64,000 nt of DNA, from positions 5,022,001 through 5,086,000 of the forward strand of contig OZ193909.1 in the NCBI GenBank assembly GCA_964276515.1, given 5' to 3'. The translations under genes were made by a program, and so were the position numbers. Positions 1 through 12,608 of this stretch are shown piece after piece. Origin of the DNA: Gordius albopunctatus (lineage: Eukaryota). Each line of letters begins with the position of its first letter. The stretch's first letter is position 1. Under the pieces are notes generated by a model. The model was given only the letters and a program-made list of their open reading frames with translations, had not been told where the DNA came from and did not search any database.

Positions 1-321
1 AATTGAGGAAATGTAATGTGTCAACGAAAAGGGGGACAAATGTAGTAAATGTAGTATCATCATTGTAATGTATTGTACCGCGATATATAGAAGAACGTGT
101 GATATAATTTGAATAATAAACAATTACTACAATGATCAACCAGTATAAAATTTGCGCAAGAACACCACGGTTCCCTTCAAATCAGAGTCACGTCTTTCAT
201 GGTGCCCGTGCCTTCAACATGGTTTTGAAAATGAAATAGGATATTCGAAATACTTTTTGTCGGTTAAAATTTAAATGCAACCCCAAAATTATAGTTAAGC
301 AATTTATACATCTATATATAT

Positions 322-455
322 AAAAAAGCTGGCGCCAATAACTTGGTGGATGGACGACGGACGGACGACGGACGGACGACGGACGGACGACGGACGGACG
401 ACGGACGGACGACGGACGGACAACCAAAAACGAGCCCATAAATTGCATAGCAATT
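322..455 (-). mobile_element. End fragment of DINE-1/Helentron-like (HINE) non-autonomous element with GACG/GGAC microsatellite
   Basis: (GACGGACGGAC)n tract followed by AACCAAAAACGAGCCCATAAATTGCATAGCAATT, matching the terminus of the longer copies at 23383 and 63321. Confidence 0.7.
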
Positions 456-465
456 AAAAGTAAAG

Positions 466-760
466 TCTATGTATATATGTATGTATATATGTGTGTATGT
501 AAGGGCTAAATTTTGAAACTACCGGCCCGATTCGCGCGAAAATTTAACCGTAGATGCCCAGTGGTAAAATAGCCTTTTCAGAATCCTAAAATTCTTTTTA
601 GTTTTAAAAATATGGGCCTTTTAGTTTTAAAAACTGGCTTAATTCTAAAACTACCGGCCCGATTTGCGCGAAAATTTAGCCGTAGATGCCCAGGGATGCC
701 AGGGATAAAATAGCTTTTTCAGATTCCTAAAATACCTTTTCGTTTTAAAAATATCGGACA
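466..760 (+). mobile_element. Helitron-like non-autonomous 5' fragment with ~130-bp tandem duplication
   Basis: TC start, TATG/TGTG microsatellite, then AAACTACCGGCCCGATT..GAAAATTT occurring twice (~517 and ~648). No 3' CTAG end found. Confidence 0.35.
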
Positions 761-2161
761 TTTCCCGACCAGTTTCATTTATAGCATCACATACAATGAC
801 GTCATACAAGGCTGAAGTTTTCTCGAATTAGATATTTAAAAGTATAATAAAAATGTTACAGTATACGGTCAAAAATATTGAGGTTTAATCAACTATTTAA
901 ATTAAATAAATAAAATTTAAATTAATAGCTTTTGCAGAATCCTAAATTATTGGGGTTTAACAAACTATTTAAATTAAATAAATAATATTTAAATTATTAT
1001 CACGTGGTCGATCATAGAAGCATATTTATAATATTTATCCATCCTTCAATTAATTATTTTATTTTATTAAAGAAAATTGTATTTCAAATAAATCAGCTAA
1101 CTAGAAAAATAAAATAATGGTATTATTGTATAATAAGTAACAGCATTGATCAGCAATTTTTCCAAAAACATTTAATTTTAGTCGGATTTGATGACTAAAA
1201 CAGAATTCGCATTTGGTTTGTCTTATTATATATATACTAAAAATAGTGGGTTCATAAAATCCATGACGTGATAAAATTCTTGCTCTAAATAAATATTATG
1301 GATATTTTATTTATTTGAATTATTATTCCATGTCGATTCGTCAAAAAAAGACGATTTTCGACCGACCATCTCAGATAGGGCTAATTTTTTGTGAGGATTT
1401 AGACCTCATATGAAATAACATTTTCTGAAAATTTGAGCCATTTTGGGCTAATACTTTTTGAGTTATGGACGCTGAAATGGCCAAAATCACGCTTGGGCGT
1501 GTTTTACAAATTTAACTATTTTCGCCATATCTTCAAAAGTATTGCCGCTAGCTTCGTAAATTTTGCTGTATTTTAATCCTAATAAAATTCTCTATCAGAA
1601 AAATGTAACAAAACCGCAAACTTTTGTGGTTAGTGTTTTGTGGTCAAATTTGTGGAAAACTAAAAAAACCACCTTCTCTGTTATATATTATCACCAAATT
1701 TGCTATGGGGACTCCTTTATGCTTAGTTATCAAATTTCAAATTTAAAAAGTTTGGGCACGGCTATGAGTTGGTTGATAAATAGAAAATTCACAAATAAAT
1801 TAAAAATATTTCTAGATGGCGGTATAATCAAATATTAAGGAATATAATTTTTAACCATGGCACAAAGCAATTGATCGGATTGTAATTTATACCTAAATAA
1901 TAAAGGTTTAAGGTATCTCTTACTTCAAACATAGATGAATTCATTCATTAATGAATGGCAAATGCCATGCTTTTTATTGCCTATGAAATAGCATATGGCA
2001 AGTCATCCAGCTTACTATAATTTAATAATTAATTACCACATGTGCAACAGCGTTATTGATTTAAAAACAAGATCGGTTTCATATCAATTTAATGTTTTCC
2101 ACTCTCTAACATTGATTTAAAAACTTAGTTTTTATTAATATAATTTTCTGTGCCTAAAAAC

Positions 2162-4012
2162 TACTATTGCTGTAATCCATTGAAGACACATAAGTAGTGG
2201 TGATCAAAACCTAGGTTGGGTTTTCCCGAGGTCAAACCCGAGGTGGGTTTTGGGTTAAGGTTGGAAAAAGACCTTTAAGGTCTTTCAGATTCCCTAACCC
2301 AAAACTGGGGTGGAACCCCAAAAAGACCTTAAAAACCTTAAGGTCTTTTATACACCCAAACCTTAACCCGGGGTTTGGGTTAGGTTGACCTGGGGCTAAT
2401 GTTTTGAAGTATAGGCGTGAAATAAGAGTATATTATTTTTTAGGTATTAATATATTTATTTTTTAATGAAGAAATGAATTTTTTTTAAATATTTTAATTT
2501 ATAATAAATAGAAAATGATTTTTTTATTATTATTCATTTAATTTCATAATATAATCTTGGGGTAAATTAATTAAAAAATAATATTGGGTTTTTGTTTTAG
2601 CACCATCTAGCTTAAATTCGCCATGCCATCCCTGTCTCGTTCTCGTGGCGAATTTAATTACAAGCTAGATGGTGCTAAAACAATAACCCAATATTATTTT
2701 TTAAATAATTTACCCCAAGATTATATTATGAAATTAAATGAATAATAATAAAAAAATCATTTTCTATTTATTATATATTAAAATATTTAAAAAAAATTCA
2801 TTTCTTCATTAAAAAATAAATATATTAATATCTAAAAAATAATATACTCTTATTTCACGCCTATACTTCAAAACATTAGCCCCAGGTCAACCTAACCCCA
2901 ACCCCGGGTTAAGGTTTGGGTGTATAAAAGACCTTAAGGTTTTTAAGGTCTTTTTGGGGTTCCACCCCAGTTTTGGGTTAGGGAATTTGAAAGACCTTAA
3001 AGGTCTTTTTCCAACCTTAACCCAAACCTTAGGTTTGGGTTGTACAAACCTAGGTTTTGATCATCACTACACATAAGGATGAAGTCATAGGAATAAGAAA
3101 AGTTGCCAAATTGATCAATTTTTTAGATCCCAATGCAAAATTATGTGATGTATGTCGCAAAAAACTTTATCAAGGTCGGGATAATCCCAATATGAACCCT
3201 TCTTTTGATCCTTCTTATTCACCAAAAAAAATAAGATTTTAGAAATAGCAGGACCATCTATTCAAGCCCTTAATACATTATTACCAATGATTGCCGAATC
3301 GCCCATCAAAATAAAGAGACTAGGGGAAATAAATTATCCGTTGAAAAAATTAGCCAAACTTAAGAAAAGCCTTGACACAACCTTTAATATCACCCATGAA
3401 AACGCTCAATCTTCGATCGATTCCGAACTTCTAGATAGTTTAACATCTGGTTTTCCTTTATTAAACAAAAGTAATAAATATCGTATTCTGACACTACTCC
3501 CTGATAGTTGGACGGCCCAAAAAATTAAGACCGTTTTCAATGTTTCATACTATATGGCAAGACGGGCAAAAAAAATCAAAATGGAAAAAGGAATTTTATC
3601 CACTCCAAATCTACAGCCAGGTAAAACATTAAGTAATTATGAGATCGAATTAGTCGATAATATAAGTTTTGGTTATATGACGAATGAGGAGTTTAAACAA
3701 GAGGAATTGAAACTTACCTCTCGATTCAATCGAGCAATTTCTGGGATGCAAAAGCTACATGCTTCAATACCTATTGACAGAAAGATAATTAAAACAAAGA
3801 CGTATTCTAATTCAAGTGAATATTTTGAGGAAGAAATTCAAATAGCGAATGAAATTGATTTTGAAAATCTAAATGGTTACGTGGCATGTAGATACCAGAA
3901 TAAATGGTGGTTAGCCTTAATTGTAGACAAGGATCTAATAAACGAATATATTGTCGCTCATCTTTTACATCCTAATGGTCCGGCAAAATCTTTTTTTTCC
4001 CGTCTAAATTAA
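2162..4012 (+). pseudogene. Disrupted transposase of the long-TIR element (N-terminal Cys/His finger, C-terminal part; catalytic core apparently deleted)
   Basis: Removing the MITE at 2195-3069 and one TSD copy restores YYCCNPLKTHKDEVIGIRK...LCDVCRKKL. ORF 3287-4012 has ILTLLPDSWT..KGILSTPN fused directly to C-terminal GYVACRYQNKWWLALI..HPNGP motifs. Confidence 0.6.
2195..3069. mobile_element. Palindromic hAT-type MITE (875 bp)
   Basis: TAGTG(G/A)TGATCAAAACCTAGG termini; perfect 8-bp TSD CACATAAG (2187-2194 and 3070-3077); the two halves are near-perfect reverse complements around ~2625-2645. Confidence 0.9.
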
Positions 4013-4984
4013 ATAAAGTTAACCTCAAAAAATCAGATTTTATACTCAAAGTGTCTCCATACACAATCACCGGACGCAGTTATACGCTTAACACGGAAGA
4101 AATGAATTTGGTTACAGCACAACACAAAATAATTTAGTGAAAATCGAAATTAATTTAATTATTGCGCATTATCATTATTTAAATAAAATCTATATAATAA
4201 AAGAATATTTATTGATTCATTATTGCGTCATCTTATATTTAGTCAAAGGAAACTCTTTTTCATATCTCTAAACGTTAAACAATATTTGAAGAAAGAGATA
4301 CTTTTAACCTTTATTATTTAAGGTATAAATTACAATCCGATCAATTGCTTTGTGCTAAGTAGGTGTTTTAAAAATTTTCCTTTAATTATATCCCAAAATG
4401 ATTTATTTATCAAACAATTCTTTATATGGCCCTTTAGTAATAAAATATGGTTAAAATTTATATTCCTTAATATTTGATTATACCGCCATCTATAAATATT
4501 TTTAATTTATTTGTGAATTTTCTATTTATCAACCAACTCATAGCCGTGCCCAAACTTTTTAAATTTGATAACTAAGCATAAAGGAGTCCCCATAGCAAAT
4601 TTGGTGATAATATATAACAGAGAAGGTGGTTTTTTTAGTTTTCCACAAATTTGACCACAAAACACTAACCACAAAAGTTTGCGGTTTTGTTACATTTTTC
4701 TGATAGAGAATTTTATTAGGATTAAAATACAGCAAAATTTACGAAGCTAGCGGCAATACTTTTGAAGATATGTGGAAAATAGTTAAATTTGTAAAACACG
4801 CCCAAGCGTGATTTTGGCCATTTGAGCGTCCATAACTCAAAAAGTATTAGCCCAAAATGGCTCAAATTTTCAGAAAATGTTATTTCATATGAGGTCTAAA
4901 TCCTTACAAAAAATTAGCCCTATCTGAGATGGTCGGTCGAAAACGTTTTGATTTGTCATGGAATGGCCCATAAGTCTTATTAAT

Positions 4985-5347
4985 AGGCTAAATATTCTCC
5001 ACTTTTTAGTGACATTTTTCCTATCGTAAAAACCCGTTGCTTAAACGTTTTCATATTCTCTCTTTGCAAGGGGCTATTTATCAAAAGATTCCTTCTCTAG
5101 AATTTTATGTTAAAATCTTGATTATACATATAATAGTTCATACCAATGCGCAAAATAGCAATGAATAGATGAGTAGGAATTAATATATCAATGAGAATAA
5201 AATTAAAAAATGGCGCATTTTTGTTTGCTTATTTGAAAAATTTACGAACGCGGATGCGTTGTTTATTTTCGTTCGGTAGGAGAACGTTTAAGCAACGCGT
5301 TTTTAGGATAGAAAGGATGTGACCCAAATGTGGAGAATGTTTAGCCT
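4985..5347. mobile_element. MITE with ~65-bp imperfect terminal inverted repeats
   Basis: AGGCTAAATATTCTCCAC...GTTGCTTAAACGTT versus AACGTTTAAGCAAC...GTGGAGAATGTTTAGCCT. Confidence 0.6.
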
Positions 5348-5629
5348 GATTCGGCTCCTTTGTATAACACTCGTTTTTTGCTTATCGTTTCAATTGACAA
5401 GAGCATAGACTAATAATAACATAGACTGCCGAATAGCTATTTTTTTACATTAATATCACGAAGTCATCTAGGAAGTTGCCATGTCATAAGTGGAAATTCT
5501 TGAAATTAAGGTAAAATTGATATATCCTAAAATATATGCTAAATTTCATCCAAAATGAAATTTTTAATTTTTTTTTGAAATAAATTAATAACATAAATTA
5601 ATTTTTAAAAAAAATTTATAAATGAATTT

Positions 5630-5815
5630 ATGTATATTTTTAGATTTCCAAAAGATCCAGGGTTAATGTCTAAATGGATTAAATTTATGGGCCCTAAATT
5701 TAAAATACATTTAAGTACATGCAGTAAGCACTTTGACCCCAGGATTTTAATAAAAATAGAAGTTCAAATTATCTTAAAAAAAATACCGTGCCATCTCTGT
5801 ATTTATTTCAGGTAA
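5630..5815 (+). pseudogene. THAP-domain fragment (probably transposon-derived)
   Basis: FRFPKDP...KW...CSKHF matches the C-terminal half of the THAP zinc finger; the rest of the gene is not recoverable. Confidence 0.5.
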
Positions 5816-6121
5816 TCTTTAAATTTGAATCAAATTGAACAGGATCAGTCATCAGGATTAATAGATGTAACAAAATTTCCCTCATATCAAGATTAGAAAG
5901 GCAACAGTTATAGGAGATGCTGAACTTAGTTCCTATTTTTATGTTGGCCTCTGTGACTAGTGCTTAAAAGATTAATTTCAGTAGACAATTTTATTCTATT
6001 TGTTATAGATTTTCGTTTCCATAATAGCGGTGTATATTCTTTAATAAGTTCAATTACTAAGTTATAATGCACCAAAATTTTTGTTAAATTTTATCACGAA
6101 TTTTACTAATATAATTATTAT

Positions 6122-6303
6122 TATGGAGGTACCGGGGTAGAGAGGAAGAGGACGACCCCGTGTCACGTGGAAAGGGCAAGTCGATAAAGTTATGGAAACT
6201 AAAGAGATTAGTCAAAACATGGCACTCACCCGGTAAAGATGGAAGAAACTTATCAAAACAAACCCCACCAATGTGGGACCAAATAACTGATAAAGAAGAA
6301 GAG
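6122..6303 (+). mobile_element. RTE-clade LINE, 3' fragment
   Basis: RGRGRPRVTW coding end plus AACTGATAAAGAAGAAGAG tail matching the copy ending at 17185. Confidence 0.85.
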
Positions 6304-7794
6304 ACAAAGAGCTCCTTGAAATGAATGTTGAAAAGGAGATGTTGCAAATGACTACAAGATTATTTGTACTCATATTTTACTATGTTTTAATGTATTAAAT
6401 CATGTAATAAATTTTACAATCTATGCATATATTTTATAAAATGAAACTAATGACTCATTTTATTTTAATCTAAGTGATTTTAAATATTTTATATTTGATT
6501 TTTTACATTTTGCAGTTTGCTTCTTGTTTGTTTATGAATTTTCTTTTTAATTAGTCCAATCTTAAAAATATTTAATCCACTACAATGGAATAATCATGGT
6601 TGTGATATAAAACCATATAAAAATAGGTAAGAATTTTAAAAATCAAACATAAAAAATTCACCAAAGCAAATTTAGGGGAGAAAGCGTTTGAAACTTTTCA
6701 TTAATTAATTGTCAACCCTTTTTATCTTTAGGCTATTTAGTAATTCATTTAAAAAACAAATGTGGGCTAGTGTCCAGTCCACTAATGCTATAAAGATTTG
6801 CAAAAATAACTATATTTTAAGCCATAAAAATAAAATTATTTCTAAAAGCATATTATCTATAATTATAATAAAGGTTTTTCATTCATCTATTGGATCTAAT
6901 ATTTTTTGATCTTTAATTATATTTTTGATCAGGACTAAATTAGGCTCTCTAAATCATTTACAATTATTTGTTAAATTAATAATTAATATTTATAGCAAAA
7001 TTTTACTTCATAATTTTTACAATATTTCAATCAAGAATTTAAAACTAACATTAGGCAAAAATTTAATACTTTAAATGAAACATATTATAGATGGCGCTAT
7101 ATTTATATTTCTCTTTATCATTCTAAATCGTAAAATATTCATTTTTTCTTTACTAAATGTTTTTTTTATAATTTAGCAACTTAATTTATAAATTTAAAAA
7201 AAATGTAGTAAAATATACCGAAATAAATTACGTTGAGTAGAATTTTCTAACCATAAATTCAACAAATTTCATAAAATCAGAAATATACATGTTATATTTT
7301 CCAAAACAAAATTTTTATAATGTGTATCTAACTTAAAATTCTATATGATAATAATTATAAGCGCCCTTTGTTAAGTTAAATATCTTTATATAATTCCCAT
7401 ACACCTATTCTCACTTATATTATGACTTGTAAAATATTAAAAAATGATCGTTATATTACCATTATATAATATTTTTATATTCAAAATATGTATCTAGATG
7501 CGGTTTTATTTATATTTTAAATATGTATCCAAATGCGGTCTTTTAAAACATCTGCCTTCTTGTCAATTGAACCAGATTTATTTTTGATTTGTTTTGGCTA
7601 TAAATTGGTGGAAAATAAGAAAGGGCGGGATAAGTAGCGCTATTCATAGCAAAATAACAACGATATATTATTTTGTGATCATTTTATCGCCAAAAGGAAG
7701 AAATAAGGTAGATATTTTGCCTTTTTGACCATTTTCTGATGTTCCATTTGTATGGATGGTAATAAACATTTGTTTTAAATTTTATATGAATTTT

Positions 7795-8078
7795 GGCCAT
7801 TATCAGATGACTAATCAAAAAAAGACAATTTTTACCTGTCACTACAGCAAGCTTTTATAATATGGGAATAAATAATTTTCGAAATATAGCATCATGTCCT
7901 GATGTTGTAAAAAACATTCTTTGATCTTTAAGTCCCCATAACTTTAAAAGTAGTGGTCCAAGTAAGTTAAAACTTTGAGAATTTCTTTATTAATAGTTTT
8001 TACATTTTTACCAAATTTAATGAAAGTGAGGGAGTCGGCCAAAAAAAGGCTTAAATGATCAATCTGACATGGAATGCC
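7795..8078. mobile_element. Degenerate short derivative of the Sola2-like family
   Basis: Ends GGCCATT... and TGACATGGAATGCC, with TCAAAAAAAGAC and CCATAACT..AAAAGTA motifs shared with the TIRs at 1321/4969. Confidence 0.4.
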
Positions 8079-8572
8079 AGAAGTTTAATATAAAAAGACA
8101 AGTTCAGTTATTTCATATAAAAATTATTTTGCCTGAATTGGGCAAATTAAGCAAACTGGCATGTCAAGGAAAACTTTACATTTTAAGGTGGGTCGAGTTT
8201 GAACCTATTATAAAATGCCAATTTTAATTGAAGAAGACTTAAATTTATATAATATTGATATCAAAGATCATATTTCACATATTATAAAACCTTACTAATT
8301 GCGTCTTTTAATGCAAATTCACCATGTTTAATCCAGAAATTTTCATACTTAAAAACTTGATATTATCAAATACAGATTATTAAAGCTAGGTTGTGATTAA
8401 CCTTGTGAATCATTTTTTTATTTGCATATTAAATTGCTTCCTTCTTATAAAAGAAGGGACTTTCAAAACAAGTATCCAGTCTCAATGGGTTAAATAAAAA
8501 TATAAACAAGTTTTAAATAATTTATTAAATCTTCATAACAGGATATTATATTCAAAGATTGAACAAAACTTA

Positions 8573-9476
8573 TCAAGTCATTCTCTGTCTTAAGATTTCA
8601 ACAATATCTTGATTAATACCAAAAACAATGCCATCAATACTTTGTGTCCCATCAATATAGTCTAAAATTAAACTTGTAATTAACAAACTTAAGTGTGTAA
8701 AATGATATAAACACCACAAAACAATTATTTTAAATAAAAAAAGATTATCAATATAATTGGTATTCTACTAAAATGTGTAAAATTACTTATATTAGAATGA
8801 TTAGTTGGGTCCCTAACCATTTTTTCCAATAATTGTTTATAAAGCTCATATAAAGGCCAACAATAATTTTCAAAATAACTAGGTGGTTCTGGTGGATCAT
8901 ATGTTCTCAACCTAAAATATGAAGATTCATTCATATTATTGTACCTTCTTCGCTCCCAGCATTGTTGCTTTGTTAGTGTTATAAAGTATCTCAAATCAAA
9001 TAACTTGTTAATACTACTAATATTGAATAACAAAAGACCTTCCACCACAATAATTGGAGTATTCTAAAATTATAATTTATCAAATAATACACTTATTTAC
9101 GATTGAATCATAATTATCTGGGTCATTTTTTGTAGAATTTAAACTTTTTATATCTCTAATTAACTTTAGCCAATCAAATGAATTTATTTCTAGTCAAAAA
9201 TTTAAAAATAGATGCATATTAATTAATTTCCATACCATCCCAATTGTGGTAATCAATTTCTGAGTAGTATTTTAAATCTTTTTGAGACTAACTATATTGA
9301 ATCAGCATGTTTTTATGTACTTTATAATAGTCATCACAATGAATTATCTTGGCAGATGGCCACAGATCTACAAGTTTTGACGCCAAAGTACTTTTCCCAC
9401 CGTTTGTAACTCTATAATTAAATAAAATTATCGCAAAAATTATATACCCACTTATTCCTATAATTAAGCTAGACAT
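8573..9476 (-). CDS. NMRK1: Nicotinamide riboside kinase (NRK/NMRK family), 7 exons, 197 aa
   Basis: Exons 9476-9448, 9411-9321, 9287-9236, 9189-9101, 9063-8945, 8911-8787, 8661-8573, all GT-AG and in frame. Product MSSLIIGISGVTNGGKSTLA (P-loop)...HCDDYYK...IIVVEGLLLFN...CWERRRLRTYDPPEPPSYFENYCWPLY...YIDGT, the NRK signature series. Confidence 0.93.
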
Positions 9477-9846
9477 AATTTTAGCTGCCAATATAGGACA
9501 ATCTACTAAGATCCATTGGCAAAATCAATTAACTAGATGGACTATCAAAGGTTAAAGAATCAATAACATCCAACTCATCAACTTTAGTCTAGTATTTTTT
9601 TAAATTTTATTCCTTGAGTTAAGGAAAGAAATTGGAATTTGTCCATAATATGTAATTATAATATAAAGCATATCTATAATCGCATACATATATTTTGAAT
9701 AAATACTTATTTTATATTGAATAAAAAATAGCAAATAAATCTATCTATGGCCTCGATTTTGGTTATTTAAAAGTTAATGTATTTTGAATGTGGCATCATA
9801 CTTTGTGATGGTACTAAGTCTGCTATAAGTCAAAAAATAAAGAATA

Positions 9847-10176
9847 CAGTCAAAACCGTTTAATTGCAAAGCCTTGGGCTTTAAAAAATTCGCGATTAAC
9901 CGATATTTGGCGATTAAACGATGGAAATAAAAGTATATGTACATTATATTAAATATTCATTTCTTACGCTTCGCAATAAAACGATATTTTATATAATTAT
10001 CTGGTTGATTTAAGGACTCGAAAATATTTGTGAATATCCGATATTGTACTATTAAGCGATTTGTCAATGAACGATGTTTTTGTCAATATTATCGTTAAAA
10101 AAAAGAAAATTGCGGTTAACTTCGCGATTAAACGATTTTTACGATAATCCGATTTGCGGTTAAGAAGTTTCGACTG
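9847..10176. mobile_element. Tc1/mariner-pogo type MITE
   Basis: TA|CAGTCAAAAC ... GTTTCGACTG|TA termini, with internal repeated CGATTAA(A/C)CGAT motifs. Confidence 0.7.
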
Positions 10177-10334
10177 TATATAGGTTTTTGACCCACAGCT
10201 AGAGCCCTGCAAAATGAAATTTATTCGGCCCGAGCCCGACCCGATTTTTCAAATAAAATTTTTGAAAAATTAAATTTTGAAAATTATTTCACCATCTAAA
10301 TATGAGTCCATTTGATTTTCTGTACTCGTAATTT

Positions 10335-10825
10335 ACAATTAGGCACTCTTTATTCAGCTGATAACACAGATCTACAAAAAACATCCTGCAATCAGACCCA
10401 TACGAGAATTTTGCGCTTAAAAAGTTTTTTTCCCACAATTACCTGTTTTTTTAAAAAAAACGAGATTGAAGGTGCCAAAAATGCCCATTCTAAACATTTT
10501 TGAGGCTATATTGCCATGTAAAATAGGAATATATTCATAAGGGTGATATAAAAAAAAATTAGTGGGCCTATAGATGAAATTTTAATCTACATGAAATTAC
10601 TATTTTCACTAAATATTAAAAATGCCGTGGCAATATAGCCTCAAAAGGGCTTAAAATGATAATTTTTGGCACCTTCAACCTCGTTTATCTAAAAAACTGG
10701 AAGTTGTGGGAAAAACCAAATGCAGATTATTTTTCAGCTTAAAATTCTCTATCATATTTATTGGTCTGATTGTGGGATGGAATCCCAAAGTCAATATTTG
10801 TAGAGCTGTGTAATTACTAGCTTAA
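10335..10825. repeat. Degenerate long inverted repeat (MITE-like)
   Basis: AACGAGATTGAAGGTGCCAAAAAT..GAGGCTATATTGCCA (~10459-10516) is mirrored by TGGCAATATAGCCTC..TTTTGGCACCTTCAACCTCGTT (~10628-10685); the flanking arms also mirror. Confidence 0.5.
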
Positions 10826-11088
10826 CATTAAAAAATATTGTTAGGGCAAATACTAGCAACTAATCGCAACTTATACGTTACATTGACAATGCATAAGTGG
10901 AAAAAGGATTTTTTTAGAGTGTCAAAAATAATTTAAAATTTACCAATTAATACCAGAATTTAGCAATGCAAAAAGTTATCATTAAAATTTTATAATGAGA
11001 ATCCCACCATATTAAGCTTTAAAATGTATACTAAGTCATTGATAATTTGCAGAAAATTCCTTTAAAATTAAATAAGACTCTATATGGT

Positions 11089-11965
11089 GAGGGAGACTCT
11101 AAACCTTTTCGGGTTAATATTGGATTACATCAAGGCTCTGCTTTAAGTCCCTTTTTATTTAATATAATTATAGACACGATAACGAGGGACTTTCAAAAGC
11201 CATCGCCATGGTGTATGCTATATGCCGATGATATAGTACTATGCGAGGAAACAAGGGAGAAGGTATTCGAAGAAGCAGAAAAGTGGTCAAAGCGCTTAGC
11301 TGGATATGGTTTAAAGGTTAACGATCGAAAAACGGTATACATGGAAATGAACGGTACAAGCACCCCATCGCTGGATGACCACATAAAGTACCCAAAAGTA
11401 GACAGGTTTAATTACCTCGGCTCTATGCTACATCAAGAGGGAGGTTGCGCAACTGAAATCAATGCCCGGATTCAAAAAGTATGGCTTAAATTGCGAAGTA
11501 TATCCGGTGTAATGTGCGACAAGAAAATGCCAATATGGTTAAAGAGCAAAGCTTACAAATCCATCGTAAGACCGGTGTTACTCTATGGAAGTGAAACATG
11601 GGCATTAAACACCACGGAAGGAAAGCTATTACAAGCCACGGAGATGAGAATGATACGGTGGAGCTTGGGGTATACTAAGCTCGACCATATGACGAATGAC
11701 TTTCTCATGACAAAAATGGGTATTCAACCTATGGCGGACATGATTAACGAAAATCGGCTAAGGTGGTATGGGCATATACTAAGAAGGGACCCGGATGACG
11801 TAAATCGAAAAGTGCTAGACATGAAAATACCGGGGAAGAGAGGAAGAGGACGACCCCGTGTCACGTGGAAAAGGCAAGTCGATAAATTTATGGAAACTAA
11901 AGAGATTCTTCAAGACATGGCACTAACCCGGTCAAGATGGAAGAGACTCATCAAAACAAACCCCA
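11089..11965 (+). mobile_element. RTE-clade LINE, 5'-truncated, open RT/C-terminal frame
   Basis: GLHQGSALSP, YADDIVL, YLGS, LLYGSETW, RLRWYGHILRR, RGRGRPR motifs. Confidence 0.92.
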
Positions 11966-12169
11966 GTCGGCCGGCCCGTAATAAAAATTTAAAAGCCCGG
12001 CCCGGGCCCGTCAAAATCTTAAATTATAAACCCGGGCCCAGCCCGCTAACTTTATACAAAGCCCGGGCCGGGCCCGTAAAATATTTTTATTTTTATTATC
12101 GATATGGCAAACAATATGTTTGTGTTAAAAATGTTAATAAAAATAGTTTAAAAAGAAAAAATTGGTAAT

Positions 12170-12608
12170 TCCCGGTCACTCGAGTTTTTCTATCTTTTAA
12201 GAAACGACCTACATGGAAAATTTTTTTTTAAAGTGGCACTTCAAGATATTACATAAAACCATATAAGCCAAATAAACTTTTAAAACCCTTATTTAAGGTT
12301 ATAATGTTTTATTGAAACTACTTAGCTTTTTTCATCCGTTATAAATTAAAAACCTAGACAAATTGCCAAAATAAGTTTATTAATAAGGGTAATCTGTCAG
12401 GCACAAAAACAATAATGGAATTTGAGCTTAGGCGAGGTCGAAAAAAGTAAAGCCCATCAGGGGTCAGCTAAATAAAAGTCTTTCACAGAAGCAAAGTCCA
12501 CAGCCATTAAAAACCCCTATAAGTTTCCACGGCAATTTTTGAAAAATTACAAGTTGGACAGGACGGGACAGAACGGACAACCAAAAGACCATAAATTGCA
12601 TAGCAATT
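12170..12608 (-). mobile_element. HINE-like element fragment
   Basis: Ends GGACAGGACGG..ACAACCAAAA..CCATAAATTGCATAGCAATT; body similar to 20330-20580. Confidence 0.5.

Larger units (their letters stand above)
1321..4969 (+). mobile_element. Sola2-like DNA transposon, internally deleted, long (~600-bp) terminal inverted repeats
   Basis: 1321-~1930 is the reverse complement of ~4285-4969 (the right arm has a ~90-bp extra block). Right terminus ...CATGGAATGGCCC. Internal transposase-like remnants. Superfamily call is inferred from long TIRs, the CCC right end and protein motifs. Confidence 0.65.

Noticed and set aside
197..448. ORF with VVRPSSVRRPS repeats
   Set aside because: Translation of the GACG microsatellite.
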